A DNA stretch of 64,000 bases, taken from assembly GCA_030704665.1 (NCBI GenBank), contig JAUYID010000009.1:729702-793701 (forward strand), in the 5' to 3' direction. The DNA comes from a bacterium. Lineage in GTDB: Bacteria > Patescibacteriota > Microgenomatia > Woykebacterales > RBG-16-39-9b. The notes beneath the pieces were generated by a model. It made no database searches, was not told the origin of the DNA, and saw nothing but the letters and a program-made list of their open reading frames with translations. Of the stretch, positions 46,149 to 55,769 are shown piece after piece. The translations under genes and the position numbers were made by a program. How positions within the stretch are numbered: position 1 is the stretch's first letter; each line of letters begins with the position of its first letter.

Positions 46149-46409
46149 TTATTCTTCGCGTTCAACCGAAATCGTGCATTCAGTCACCAAAGCCGCGAGT
46201 GCTCCCATCGCGGCGAGGGGGGCGGCAAGAACCGCACCAACTACCCCAACGGTAAGCGGAAATTCAGCGATAGTCTTGCCATTTTTATCTGTAATAGTGA
46301 CCCGACGGACGTTACCCTCTTTGATCAGTTCTTTGACTTTGCGGACAACATCTTCACCTTTAACTCTAAACTCTTCTCGTCTCGCCGAAGTCTGGTCTTT
46401 TTTAGCCAC
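46149..46409 (-). CDS. small hypothetical protein
   Basis: 86 aa. Basic N-terminus and an A/G-rich hydrophobic C-terminus. Confidence 0.35.
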   Translation of the reverse strand: MAKKDQTSARREEFRVKGEDVVRKVKELIKEGNVRRVTITDKNGKTIAEFPLTVGVVGAVLAAPLAAMGALAALVTECTISVEREE

Positions 46410-46422
46410 TTTGATTTACCTC

Positions 46423-46956
46423 CTATTTAACTTTACTGAAACTAACCTTCTTGTCAACGACCAAGCTTTTTACTAGTTCAAAACCTCCGAAAAAAGCTCC
46501 AGTATAGAAAAGGTCTCCCAAAACAGTATTTCGGAAGAAAGGAATCCCCATCAGGTAGCTTTGGAACAAACCTTCCAAAGTTTTCGGATAAAGACTTTCA
46601 GTGTAGAGAACCCCAAAGTTGGTAATCAGAAAGAAAAGAACTGAGGAAAGCAAAGAAGCCCCCAAAACGTTGACCGCACTTTTGTGATTGCGTAGCCAAA
46701 AGCCAATAGCCCCAATCAGTAGAAAGCTCCCGTAAATAACCAGCCGAGAGTCAAAACCGTCAAAGCCAATGAAGATGTCCGAAACAATCATTGCCGAGAG
46801 CGGCAAAACCAAAGCTAAACGCCTATCTAGATAGACCCCGCCAAAAAGAGCCATCGCACCAATCGGAGCAAAGTTCGCTGGGTGAGGAAGTATCCGCAGG
46901 GAGGCAGCGAGCACGATAATTAGGACTGGTAGAATCAATGAGTTAATGTTTTTCAT
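46423..46956 (-). CDS. membrane protein, possibly ECF-transporter S-component-like
   Basis: 177 aa, 5-6 TM helices. LPHPANFAPIGAMALFGG motif. This is a weak assignment. Confidence 0.35.
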   Translation of the reverse strand: MKNINSLILPVLIIVLAASLRILPHPANFAPIGAMALFGGVYLDRRLALVLPLSAMIVSDIFIGFDGFDSRLVIYGSFLLIGAIGFWLRNHKSAVNVLGASLLSSVLFFLITNFGVLYTESLYPKTLEGLFQSYLMGIPFFRNTVLGDLFYTGAFFGGFELVKSLVVDKKVSFSKVK

Positions 46957-47074
46957 AAACTATGAAAACTACTTTAACTTATTTCTTTTTTTAAGTCTAG
47001 ATCCAAATATCCCCGATTCTAAGTAGGAGCAACTCTCTGGAACAGGTGTTTCAGAGAGTTGACAGAAACGAAGG

Positions 47075-47872
47075 TTAATAGCCCAGCTCCCAGGTCACTC
47101 TGTCTTGAGACTGAAGTCTCATATTTGAGACCCCAACGCCGGCGGATCGCCCGTTTACAGAGTACTTCAACCAAGGACCAGAGTTTGAGTCTCCACCTAC
47201 ACTGCTGATCCCTCCAATGAATTGACCCAACGGTTCTGGGAAATTAATCGCTTGCAGTGCAACAGCATTCTTCTGACCAACAAATACCAGAAAATCCCAA
47301 ACTGTTGAGCCTTCTGGAATCCGCTCGGAAACAACCATACCGGCCGCAGGAACTTCCAAGGTGACTACCATCCCAGCCTCCACAGTCGCTGTCGGTTGCT
47401 CTGACGTTGAGGTTGGAGCAACTTCAGACGGTGTTGGTGACGGATCTGGGTTCACCACCTCAGTCGGAGGCGGTATCGCTGTTGCTGGCTCAGTCGTTGG
47501 AGCACCAATCTCTTCCATAGCCGGTGAGGCTGCTGGTTGCGTCGACACAGGAGTTTCCACAGCTGGATCTGTCTGAACTATAGACGACCGTTCAGAGCTT
47601 CCAACTACCTCAACTTCAGAGTTTGGTCTTTGACTGCCTGCTACAACAGTCTCTCCTGAGGAGACAGGTGTAGTCTGAGGCGCGGTTGTAGGTCGAGCAG
47701 TGGAAGTTGGACTCGAACTTACCCTCGTCTTACCAGGTGTCCGAGCTGTACTTTCTGGAGTCTGTCCAACTTGATCTCGATTACCCATCCCACAAGCTTC
47801 AAGAACAATTGCCGCTAATGCAGCTGAAACCAAGCCAAGCATTCGCCTCCGGCTTATAGGTCTTTGCATCAC
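47075..47872 (-). CDS. Tat-signal lipoprotein with C-terminal DUF4430-like domain
   Basis: SRRRMLGLVSAALAAIVLEAC is a twin-arginine motif plus lipobox. P/T/S-rich linker. C-terminal TVWDFL...YSVNG...RLQSQDRVTWEL resembles DUF4430. Confidence 0.6.
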   Translation of the reverse strand: MMQRPISRRRMLGLVSAALAAIVLEACGMGNRDQVGQTPESTARTPGKTRVSSSPTSTARPTTAPQTTPVSSGETVVAGSQRPNSEVEVVGSSERSSIVQTDPAVETPVSTQPAASPAMEEIGAPTTEPATAIPPPTEVVNPDPSPTPSEVAPTSTSEQPTATVEAGMVVTLEVPAAGMVVSERIPEGSTVWDFLVFVGQKNAVALQAINFPEPLGQFIGGISSVGGDSNSGPWLKYSVNGRSAGVGVSNMRLQSQDRVTWELGY

Positions 47873-47896
47873 TCTCTCCTCTCTGTTGATTCCCTC

Positions 47897-49084
47897 TTAC
47901 TTCCTGAACATCTTCTCTGAAAGAAGCGAAAACACTGCACCAAAACTAACCCCTACGAACCCAAAGATAAACCAGACTGAAGTATCAAAACCAGTGTTTG
48001 GCAAAGTATCGGCAGCCAAAACTTCACCATCCTTATCGCTACCAGTTACCTTTGGGTCCTCATTATTGTCACTTCCTGGATCGTTATTCTCATTTCCAGG
48101 CTCGTTTTCATCTGGTTGGGTTGGTTGGTTTGGCTCTTCTTGATTCGGCTCTTCGAAAGTGCCTTCGAAAACCATGACTGGAAAACTTTTCTGAGCCAAG
48201 GCAGTTAGAGAGTTGGAGGAGGTAAAAGTATCAATTCCAAAACCACCATCGATGCCTCCATTTTGCCCTTGTTTGGAAACAAGAAAGTTAAGACCATTGC
48301 TAACCACTATATCATCACCAAGCACAGCTTGGATCACCCAGGCAGTTGAAGCAGCATCAGTACCAAAACCGGTTTGGTACTCCCAACCACCATCAGCTTG
48401 TTGCAGACTAGTTAAATAGTTAACGGCATTTGTAATTGCACTGTCCAAGCCAGAATTTGTAAAACCTGCATCTTGAGCTGCTTTTAAAGCCAAAACAGCC
48501 GCTGCAGTATCATTTGAATCAGAGCTTCCTGAAGTCGAATAGCTCCAACCAAAATCTGAATTTTGATGGGCAAGGATAAAATTAACACTGTCAGAAATGA
48601 TCTGTTGATTGGCACTTAGTCCGGCAGAAATCAAAGCCAAAACTCCGAAAATATCATCGTTTACCCCTGCGATTGAACCAATTTGGTTTGCACTGGCAAA
48701 ACTCTGAACTTTGGCAACATAGTTGACACCACCAAAGGTAAAGGGGTTCTGCCCGGCCGCAGTTACGGCAAGTAAGTCTCTCTCCCAAGCAGTAGTGGCG
48801 GCAGCGTCTGGCTGATTATTTTTCAGGAAATCGACAACCGAGTTTCCTGAATTTTCAATAGTATTGGGATCAATTCCGGCCGCTTCTAGTCCCATGATCG
48901 TCCAGGAAGTCTCTCCCCCAAAGCCGGTAATCTGTCCGGAGCTGTCTTGTTGCGATTGTAAATAACTTACCAACGAAGTGATGTTGCCGCTAACATCGGG
49001 TGTTGCAGCCAAAGCAACGCTTGGCAGTAAACTGAGGGCAGCTAGGCAACTAACAAGGGCAGTCGAAAGTTTGGTTTTGGTCAT
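47897..49084 (-). CDS. alpha/alpha-toroid (prenyltransferase/squalene-cyclase-like repeat) surface protein with LPXTG sortase anchor
   Basis: Signal peptide. Repeated GxxxSWT/GW-type toroid repeats. C-terminal LPNTG, hydrophobic helix and basic tail (KMFRK). Confidence 0.65.
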   Translation of the reverse strand: MTKTKLSTALVSCLAALSLLPSVALAATPDVSGNITSLVSYLQSQQDSSGQITGFGGETSWTIMGLEAAGIDPNTIENSGNSVVDFLKNNQPDAAATTAWERDLLAVTAAGQNPFTFGGVNYVAKVQSFASANQIGSIAGVNDDIFGVLALISAGLSANQQIISDSVNFILAHQNSDFGWSYSTSGSSDSNDTAAAVLALKAAQDAGFTNSGLDSAITNAVNYLTSLQQADGGWEYQTGFGTDAASTAWVIQAVLGDDIVVSNGLNFLVSKQGQNGGIDGGFGIDTFTSSNSLTALAQKSFPVMVFEGTFEEPNQEEPNQPTQPDENEPGNENNDPGSDNNEDPKVTGSDKDGEVLAADTLPNTGFDTSVWFIFGFVGVSFGAVFSLLSEKMFRK

Positions 49085-49093
49085 TCTAGCCTC

Positions 49094-49663
49094 CTAAACT
49101 TTTTTCCAAGTAATAATATCGTTCTCATTCACAGTAACAACTGAAGCACCTTTGCTTGGCGCTTCACCGTTTACTTTGTAGGTCCAATCGCCCTCAACCC
49201 CATGCAGCTGCGTGATAAAGGCTCCCCAACTACCGTAGTTTGTGTATTTCAAAGAAAAGTTAAATTTTGTATGAGCTTCGTCCAAAACTTCAAAAACCGT
49301 CATCCCCTCGATCCAGTCAACTTGGTAGTCATAAGAATCTTCTCCAGTGTCTATTTTTAAAGAAACTGTTTTTACTTCGGGAATTTGGCTTTTGGTTGGG
49401 TTTGAAGATTTTTTGTCGGCTACCACCGCTGGTGCAGTCTTTTGGATAGTTGCTGCTTTAGTCTGACCTGAAGCTTTCTCCAGACCGTCATCTGGTTGAG
49501 TTGTATTTTCTTGGCTGCTTTTTTTATTGCTCTCTTCAACTACAGTTTTGTTTGATTCTAGATTCGAAGTTGATTTGGTACTCTGGATTTCGCCGAGGAC
49601 AATAGTCGAACCAACCAAAATTATTAAAGCTGTTGTGATAAATAAAGAAACTTTGTTTTTCAT
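49094..49663 (-). CDS. secreted DUF4430-domain protein; the start is probably ATG 49663, not 49702
   Basis: RBS AAGGAGG 7 nt upstream of MKNKVSLFITT. C-terminal WIEGMTVFEVLDEA...GDWTYKVNGE...ITWKKV is DUF4430-like. Confidence 0.6.
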   Translation of the reverse strand: MKNKVSLFITTALIILVGSTIVLGEIQSTKSTSNLESNKTVVEESNKKSSQENTTQPDDGLEKASGQTKAATIQKTAPAVVADKKSSNPTKSQIPEVKTVSLKIDTGEDSYDYQVDWIEGMTVFEVLDEAHTKFNFSLKYTNYGSWGAFITQLHGVEGDWTYKVNGEAPSKGASVVTVNENDIITWKKV

Positions 49664-49690
49664 CAAAAAACCTCCTTCGAGAAAGGAGGT

Positions 49691-49723
49691 CCTAAAAAAC
49701 AAAAAACTTCTCGAGCTGAGAAG
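49691..49723 (-). terminator. intrinsic terminator forming the expression platform of the upstream riboswitch
   Basis: Minus strand CUUCUCAGCUCGAGAAG followed by UUUUUUGUUUUUU, lying between the aptamer and the RBS. Confidence 0.5.
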
Positions 49724-49734
49724 TTTGTTCTTGT

Positions 49735-49868
49735 CCTTTGCTCGAAGTAATTCAAAGGCTGGGTTCTGGGTCTACAGTAGCGGCACTCCCCCGGAATTAC
49801 ACCGGGCTTCACCAATTCCTGCTTCGCTGAAAAACTTCAGCGAGGCGAGGGTCCTTTGAGTTTTTAAT
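49735..49868 (-). promoter_or_regulatory. cobalamin (B12) riboswitch-like aptamer
   Basis: Minus-strand GGUGUAAUUCC (cf. GGUGNNAAUCC) and GCCGCUACUGUAG (cf. B12-box GCCACUG). GC-rich with no ORF. Positioned as the 5' leader of the DUF4430 operon. Confidence 0.55.
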
Positions 49869-50013
49869 TGTTAAGTGTTTATTACTTTAAAACGTGGCAA
49901 TTTTTCTGTCAAGACTGCAACTTTTTCTACTTACTGCTTACCTGTGAATTTCTTGAGGAGAAAAAAGGCAACTGCGAAAAAAGAGATAATTGCTGCGCCA
50001 ATACCTACAAAAA

Positions 50014-50559
50014 TCATGACATCATTTTCCTTTTTAGATACTCTGAAAAGTAATTCTTATATCTTTCTCGGATTTCTTCTTTGTACCAATCATCGCCAGT
50101 GATCACCCGTCGACAGTTCAAACTACCACAGTCACAGTACATCTCAAAGTGCGAAGATTCGCTCATTGCATAGTCAAAAGTGATTTCTTCTCCAGGATAA
50201 ATACTTCTCATCGCTACAAGTCTCAGCTTTCCAGAAAAACCTGAATTGGGGTCACAAGAATGATTGATAAAGTCGACATCTTCTAGTTCGTTTTTGTTGG
50301 TAGCCACAAAAAATTGGTCTTCCCCGGTTTGCAGCATGTAATCATAGCCCAAATCAAAAAATTTATTGGCCTCTTTGGTGGGGAGGAACTTGCCTGGTCC
50401 TTGGCGGTAGTCAACGAGCAGCTCGCCTTTTTTGATAAATTCCGAAGCAAAAAGCCCTTGTCCGATTTTACTTTGTGCCAGAACAATCTTTGGGGAAAGG
50501 AATGACTTTTTCATTTGGGCAGCTACAAAAATTATCCTGCTTTGCTTTCTGAAAGTCAA
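50014..50559 (-). CDS. SET-domain protein (putative protein-lysine methyltransferase) with Cys-rich post-SET
   Basis: NHSCDPNSGF and FDYAMSE SET motifs. CDCGSLNCR post-SET. Confidence 0.65.
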   Translation of the reverse strand: MTFRKQSRIIFVAAQMKKSFLSPKIVLAQSKIGQGLFASEFIKKGELLVDYRQGPGKFLPTKEANKFFDLGYDYMLQTGEDQFFVATNKNELEDVDFINHSCDPNSGFSGKLRLVAMRSIYPGEEITFDYAMSESSHFEMYCDCGSLNCRRVITGDDWYKEEIRERYKNYFSEYLKRKMMS

Positions 50560-50561
50560 AC

Positions 50562-51524
50562 TTAGTAATAAATTGTTTGGGTGAGATGGTAGGGCTTATC
50601 CAGTTTGGTTTTGTCTTGGGAAGCAATCCAGAGGACATTTTGCAAGTCAAGTTGGTTGAGTTTAATTCCTCTCTTTTCTAACCTCTCGGCAAGAAGTTGG
50701 CAAGCCCAAAGCATACTGGCCCGAATTTCAATTTCTTCTTCACTTCCCTGGTCTAGCTCAACTCGGTTGTCCACTTTTTCAGCCAAATCACGCCTGTATT
50801 TGAGCAAACCCAAAGTGCGCAAAATCGCTGGAACTTTGTAGTCAGCAAAGCCGTGCATCTCTTCAATCCCGACAATCGGCTCAACTAGGTGGTGCAAGTC
50901 AGCCAAAACTACTTGCGTTTTTTTGTAAAAGTAAACTTCTTTGCCTTTATACGTTGGGACATCATCAAAACCCTGAAGCTCGCTTGCTAGCCCTGCAACA
51001 AGAGTTAGGGCGTCCTTTTTGTGCTCCTCAAAGAAATTGCCAAACTTGCCCTGATACTTTTCAACCAACCTCTCCCCAAGCGCTTTCATGAGATCGTAGC
51101 GCTGTCTCAAAAGTGGAGTTTCCGGTTCCCCTCGATAGATTTCCTGGGTTTTTTCGAGACTAAGATCAGCAAGAAAATTTCCGTCACTAATGTCGTTGCC
51201 TTCTTCGAGCGCTCTCTCAAAAGCAGCAATATTGCCCCACCAACCGTCAAGCTTTTGTCCCTTGTACTCAAGCGTCCATTTACTCGGGTGACCCCAATAG
51301 CAAAAAGCTTGGTTGCCCAGAACAATCAAAAAACCAATTTCTTTTTCTTTGGGTCGGTCGGATTTGTAGCCTAGTGGATAAGCGCGGCTCCAATGAACAG
51401 TTTTTGTGGGAACAAAGTTTTTGGCATAGGAATCAATAGCTTCTTCGTCAATGGTAACTAATTGAGCCTGATCAACTACATTTTTAACCGAGTCGAGGAT
51501 TTTTTCTTTGGTTAACATGTGCAA
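50562..51524 (-). CDS. hypothetical protein, possibly queuosine-salvage (DUF2419/Qng1-like) family
   Basis: 320 aa. Assignment is from overall recollection of the family, not a decisive motif. Confidence 0.4.
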   Translation of the reverse strand: MHMLTKEKILDSVKNVVDQAQLVTIDEEAIDSYAKNFVPTKTVHWSRAYPLGYKSDRPKEKEIGFLIVLGNQAFCYWGHPSKWTLEYKGQKLDGWWGNIAAFERALEEGNDISDGNFLADLSLEKTQEIYRGEPETPLLRQRYDLMKALGERLVEKYQGKFGNFFEEHKKDALTLVAGLASELQGFDDVPTYKGKEVYFYKKTQVVLADLHHLVEPIVGIEEMHGFADYKVPAILRTLGLLKYRRDLAEKVDNRVELDQGSEEEIEIRASMLWACQLLAERLEKRGIKLNQLDLQNVLWIASQDKTKLDKPYHLTQTIYY

Positions 51525-52113
51525 AAGATACTAGCATATTTTTGTAATAAGAAAAAAGTTGCATTAATTCCGTCTTCGCTTTCATCTGATCAACTATCGA
51601 CTTAAATTTTTTCTCATTCAACTTTCCTGACTCTAAAATTTCCAAAATATCTTTCTCATCCTTTTTTCCCATTCGCTGACCGCGCCGGTGTATCAAGTAG
51701 TAAAGAAAAATATTTTCTAAAGAGGTCACTGGTAAACTAATACCTAAGTAACGTTCGTAAGTGATATTAGAGAAAAATTCTTCTGAGAACGGGACCTCAA
51801 ATCTGACTCCTTCACGTACCGTAACCAACTCGGTAGTAATATCAAATTCTCCGTCCTCGATTTCAATACAGTGATTATCGTAGCGGCCGTGATAAATGTT
51901 TTTCGGTCGTCTCAGGCTGACTTTTGTTTTTAGTTGTTTTTCTAGAAAAAGATAGAGCTCTTTGATGTTGGGGTGGAAAACTCTAAAGTCGATATCTTGA
52001 TGGTTACCTTGAAAGCCTAGTAGGTAAAGTCCAATTCCCGCATGTATGTAGTATTTATATTTTTCAGTTTCTAAAACATTTTTTATTTCTCTCAAGGTTC
52101 CTAAATTTATCAA
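51484..52113 (-). CDS. putative nucleotidyltransferase-fold protein
   Basis: HAGIGLYLLGFQGNHQDIDF fits hG[GS]x9-13DhD. Overlaps the downstream gene by 41 nt. Confidence 0.3.
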   Translation of the reverse strand: MINLGTLREIKNVLETEKYKYYIHAGIGLYLLGFQGNHQDIDFRVFHPNIKELYLFLEKQLKTKVSLRRPKNIYHGRYDNHCIEIEDGEFDITTELVTVREGVRFEVPFSEEFFSNITYERYLGISLPVTSLENIFLYYLIHRRGQRMGKKDEKDILEILESGKLNEKKFKSIVDQMKAKTELMQLFSYYKNMLVSFAHVNQRKNPRLG

Positions 52114-52248
52114 CTTTGGAAAGAGCTAATAATCTAAATTTAAGTTTTGAGAAAAATATTGTCAATTCTAGGAAATAGCGTTAGAATAATATAGTATCTA
52201 ATCCTACGCGGTCTTCCAACTCACTCCTTACACCGTCTGATTAACCAA

Positions 52249-54855
52249 CTAGCACTCGCTATGTCCACAATTTAAGCACTTTGCGCAGCCTTCTTCGTGG
52301 ACGAAGCTGGCGACACCACATTTCGGACAGAGATCCATTCTTCGGACATTTTTCATTGAGACCGCCTGTGCACTTGTTGCCGTAAAGGCAGCCGGAGCCT
52401 CGACTTTTTCAACCGAAGCATCAGGTGTAACATGACCATTGCCGTTACCGTTGGTAACTCCACTGCTACTGTGCCCGTTTCCGTTTGTCACCCCATTGCC
52501 GTTGTGGCCGTTGCTCGCTACCACTGCGTGACCGTTGCCGTTGGTAGCACCATTGGCAGTCACTGCTCCATTGGTAGTACTAGCAATTTCATCAGTGATT
52601 TGTGGATATGTACTCTCTTTGCCGAGGTATTCCGAAACAACTTTTGAAACCGCGTCCGCTAGAGAAAAGACTCGTCCTGAGCCAAAACCGCGCTGGGAAG
52701 AACCTCCAATACCGGCAAGTTGGTTGACGACCTGCTGAGCGACTTCTTTGGGTGAGTAACCAGTTGGAATGCGTAGGGCGAGAGAAATCAGCCGACCAAT
52801 GGCTTCGGCATCCGCGGTGATGTCGCTGCCAGCCTTGCCGACATTGACAAAAACTTCGAAAGGGTTACCCTCGGGATCAAGGTTGATGGTGACAAAGGCA
52901 TGTCCTACCGGAGTAGCAATACGGCGGGTTACTCCGGTTAGATAATCTGGGCGTTTGCGCAGGTGAACCGGAACTTGAGCACTCGGGGTTTCCTCTTTTT
53001 CTTTCTTTTCACTGTCCATGTGGGAAAGGACTCCTTCGCGAGAGCCATCGCGCATGTAGGTCACACCTTTACAGCCGGCATCGTAAGCTTGCATGTAAAG
53101 TCTTTTGACTTCTTCGACGCTGTGTTCGTTTGGTGCATTGACGGTTTTTGAAATTGAGCTGTCAGTGTAGTCTTGGACTAGAGCTTGGACGGTCACGTGT
53201 TCTTCCGGAGTCAGGTCATTAGCGCTGACAAACCATTCGGGTGCTTTTTCCGCTTCAGGATTGGCATTTTTCCACTCCTCGTAGAGAGGGTGGTAAATGG
53301 TATGCTCACCAGTACGGTCACGACGCACCATGGCGAAATCGTAAACCGGCTCAATCCCTGAGGAAACTCCACTAACTAGAGAGGTCGTTCCGGTTGGAGC
53401 TTGAGTGAGAAGGACAGCATTGCGAATACCGTTCTTCGCAATGAGATCGCGCACTCGGCTCGGAAGTTTTTTGATGAACCAACCCTGCAAGTATTTTTCG
53501 CGCTCAAAGTTCGAAAAGACTCCTTTTTCTTTAGCTAGCAAGGCACTTTCCTCATAAGCTGTATCCCGAATCGTTTTGTAGATTTTTTCGATCACTGGTT
53601 GGGCTTCGGTAGAGCCATAGCGAAGTTTCATTTTTATCAAGGCATCTCCCAAACCCATGGTTCCGAGCCCAGTGCGACGAATCCCCATCTGCTGCTCTCG
53701 ATTTTCCGGAAAATAGTAGCCGGTGACATCAACGACGTTGTCCATCATCCGAATGGCGATGTGAACTTTTTCTTCCAAATCTTCGAAATCGAATTCGCTG
53801 TTTTCTTTGACAAAGGCAGAGAGGTTCATCGCACCCAGATTGCAGACTGCCCAGGCTCCCAACGGCTGCTCACCGCAAGGGTTGGTGGCGATCAGTTTTT
53901 CGAAGTACCAAGTGTTGCTTCTTTTGTTCGATCTTTCAATGAAATGTAACCCTGGCTCAGCAGAGGCCCAGGCAGCTTCACAGATTTTGTTCCAAACCTC
54001 AGAGGCTTTGACAGTTTTGTAGACAACAACTTTTTTGCCCTCCGCCTTCCATTTGCTGATGTCCCCATCCCAGAGCTTGTCGTAGTCTGGATCAGTAATA
54101 TCTGGGAAGTAGAGATCCCAGTCTTTGTCATTTTTTACAGCTTCCATGAAAGCATCGGAAACACAAACTGAGAGGTTAGCACCGTTAATTCTGGTTAAAT
54201 CTTTTTTGACGGTGATGAACTCTTCAACATCCGGGTGCCAATCATCGATCATCAGCATCAAAGCGCCTCTTCGAGACCCACCTTGCTGGATGACATCATG
54301 AGTCGCCGTCGAGTAAAGCTCAGCCCAATTCACCGGTCCGGAGCTAGTGCCATTCACTTTTTTGACACGCGCCCCACGAGGCCGAAGCGAGGACAAGTTG
54401 ATGCCTACACCTCCGCTGCGGGACATGATGTCGACCATAAGTTTGAGATTGTCGATGATACCATTGCGGGAATCGTGCGGTGAGGGAATGACGAAACAGT
54501 TGTAGAAAGTCACTTCGTAGGGAGTCCCAGCTCCAGAAAGAACCCGACCGCCGGGAACGTATTTAAAACCTTTGAGGGCGGAATAAAATTTCTTGGTCCA
54601 TTCTTTTTGTTGTTCGGCGGTCTTTTCAACTTGGGCTAGCCCGGCAGCCACTCTCTTCCACATCTCCTCTGGATGTTTTTCGACAGAGTTGCCGGCAGCA
54701 TCTTTCAAAGAGTAGCGATCGGTGAAAACTTTGGCTCTAACTCCGGCGAGCTGGGTTTGCTCGCTATCCTCGATCAAAGATTCTAGTTTCTTTTGTAGTT
54801 TCTCTGAGAAGACAAATCCCTGCTGTCTGGATTTAGATTTAGCTTTCACAGCCAT
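52249..54855 (-). CDS. nrdJ: adenosylcobalamin-dependent ribonucleotide reductase (class II) with Asn/Gly-rich insert and C-terminal zinc ribbon
   Basis: Active-site ATNPCGEQPLGAWAVCNLGAMNLS. C-terminal NG(H/A/V)-repeat tract then CPKCG...CAKCLNCG. 868 aa. Confidence 0.85.
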   Translation of the reverse strand: MAVKAKSKSRQQGFVFSEKLQKKLESLIEDSEQTQLAGVRAKVFTDRYSLKDAAGNSVEKHPEEMWKRVAAGLAQVEKTAEQQKEWTKKFYSALKGFKYVPGGRVLSGAGTPYEVTFYNCFVIPSPHDSRNGIIDNLKLMVDIMSRSGGVGINLSSLRPRGARVKKVNGTSSGPVNWAELYSTATHDVIQQGGSRRGALMLMIDDWHPDVEEFITVKKDLTRINGANLSVCVSDAFMEAVKNDKDWDLYFPDITDPDYDKLWDGDISKWKAEGKKVVVYKTVKASEVWNKICEAAWASAEPGLHFIERSNKRSNTWYFEKLIATNPCGEQPLGAWAVCNLGAMNLSAFVKENSEFDFEDLEEKVHIAIRMMDNVVDVTGYYFPENREQQMGIRRTGLGTMGLGDALIKMKLRYGSTEAQPVIEKIYKTIRDTAYEESALLAKEKGVFSNFEREKYLQGWFIKKLPSRVRDLIAKNGIRNAVLLTQAPTGTTSLVSGVSSGIEPVYDFAMVRRDRTGEHTIYHPLYEEWKNANPEAEKAPEWFVSANDLTPEEHVTVQALVQDYTDSSISKTVNAPNEHSVEEVKRLYMQAYDAGCKGVTYMRDGSREGVLSHMDSEKKEKEETPSAQVPVHLRKRPDYLTGVTRRIATPVGHAFVTINLDPEGNPFEVFVNVGKAGSDITADAEAIGRLISLALRIPTGYSPKEVAQQVVNQLAGIGGSSQRGFGSGRVFSLADAVSKVVSEYLGKESTYPQITDEIASTTNGAVTANGATNGNGHAVVASNGHNGNGVTNGNGHSSSGVTNGNGNGHVTPDASVEKVEAPAAFTATSAQAVSMKNVRRMDLCPKCGVASFVHEEGCAKCLNCGHSEC

Positions 54856-54873
54856 TTGGCAGTACCTCCTTGA

Positions 54874-55422
54874 TTAATTAACGTGACTAATTTTAGTCTT
54901 GTCTTTTAATGTCGTCTTCTGGGGGCGAAAACCCTCAGATTCACTCTTGCTTGCGGGTTTCCCGCTTCGCAACAAATTGCGAACTTCTTTTTCAAAAGCC
55001 TCAAGATCTCCAAAAGAGCGGTAAACACTAGCAAAACGGATGTAGGCGACTTTATCCAAAACTTTGAGTTTGTTCATGACGATCTCACCGATTTCTACTG
55101 AAGGAATCTCGATTGAATCTTTACTTCTTAGTTCTGACTCAATTTCCGAAACGACTTTTTCGATCCGATCCATCCCAATCGGTCGCTTCTCCGTGGCTTT
55201 GAGAAAACCATTAACCAGTTTCTTGCGGTCAAACTGCTCGCGTCTTCCATCTTTTTTGATGACAATCAAGTTCACCATTTCAATCCGCTCGTAAGTGGTA
55301 AAACGTTTACCACACTTGAGACACTCACGGCGACGGCGGATTGATTCGAGATCTTCTGTCTCGCGGCTATCGAGAACAGAAGTGTCAAAAAATGAACAAT
55401 ATGGACATTTCATAGTTTTCAA
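54874..55422 (-). CDS. nrdR: transcriptional repressor NrdR
   Basis: MKCPYCSF...CLKCGKRFTTYE zinc ribbon plus ATP-cone. 18 nt upstream of nrdJ. Confidence 0.85.
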   Translation of the reverse strand: MKTMKCPYCSFFDTSVLDSRETEDLESIRRRRECLKCGKRFTTYERIEMVNLIVIKKDGRREQFDRKKLVNGFLKATEKRPIGMDRIEKVVSEIESELRSKDSIEIPSVEIGEIVMNKLKVLDKVAYIRFASVYRSFGDLEAFEKEVRNLLRSGKPASKSESEGFRPQKTTLKDKTKISHVN

Positions 55423-55769
55423 AAACTACAGCATGCTTTGGCGTGCTATAAGTTTAATTTTACAGAACGCAAAGCGATCTATAAAGACTTTCTAAGTTTC
55501 CTCGCCGAAGCGATCACAACTGCTGTTTAAAACTTTTAAAGTAACTGTCCTTTACTTGCTGGTGCGCGACTGTGAGGAACTAAAGACTCTTCATCGGATC
55601 AAATCGGTAATCCAGTCGCTAAATATTTGTCTTTTCTATCAAGTGCGAGAGGTTAGTGGTAAAAGGGGTTTTCACGAATGGAAAGCCTCAGGCACAAGAT
55701 ATTGAGTACATTTACCATGCTAGCACCTATATGTAGGGTTGTCAATATGAGGTGGCGCTTGCTAAAAAG

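Noticed and set aside
49094-49702. Longest-ORF start at 49702 for the DUF4430 gene
   Set aside because: The first 13 codons overlap the riboswitch terminator. A strong RBS (AAGGAGG) precedes the internal Met at 49663, which begins a clean signal peptide.
55423-55520. NrdR box upstream of nrdR
   Set aside because: Found only an 8-bp palindrome AGCATGCT, not the 16-bp acaCwAtATaTwGtgt-type box. This could not be confirmed.
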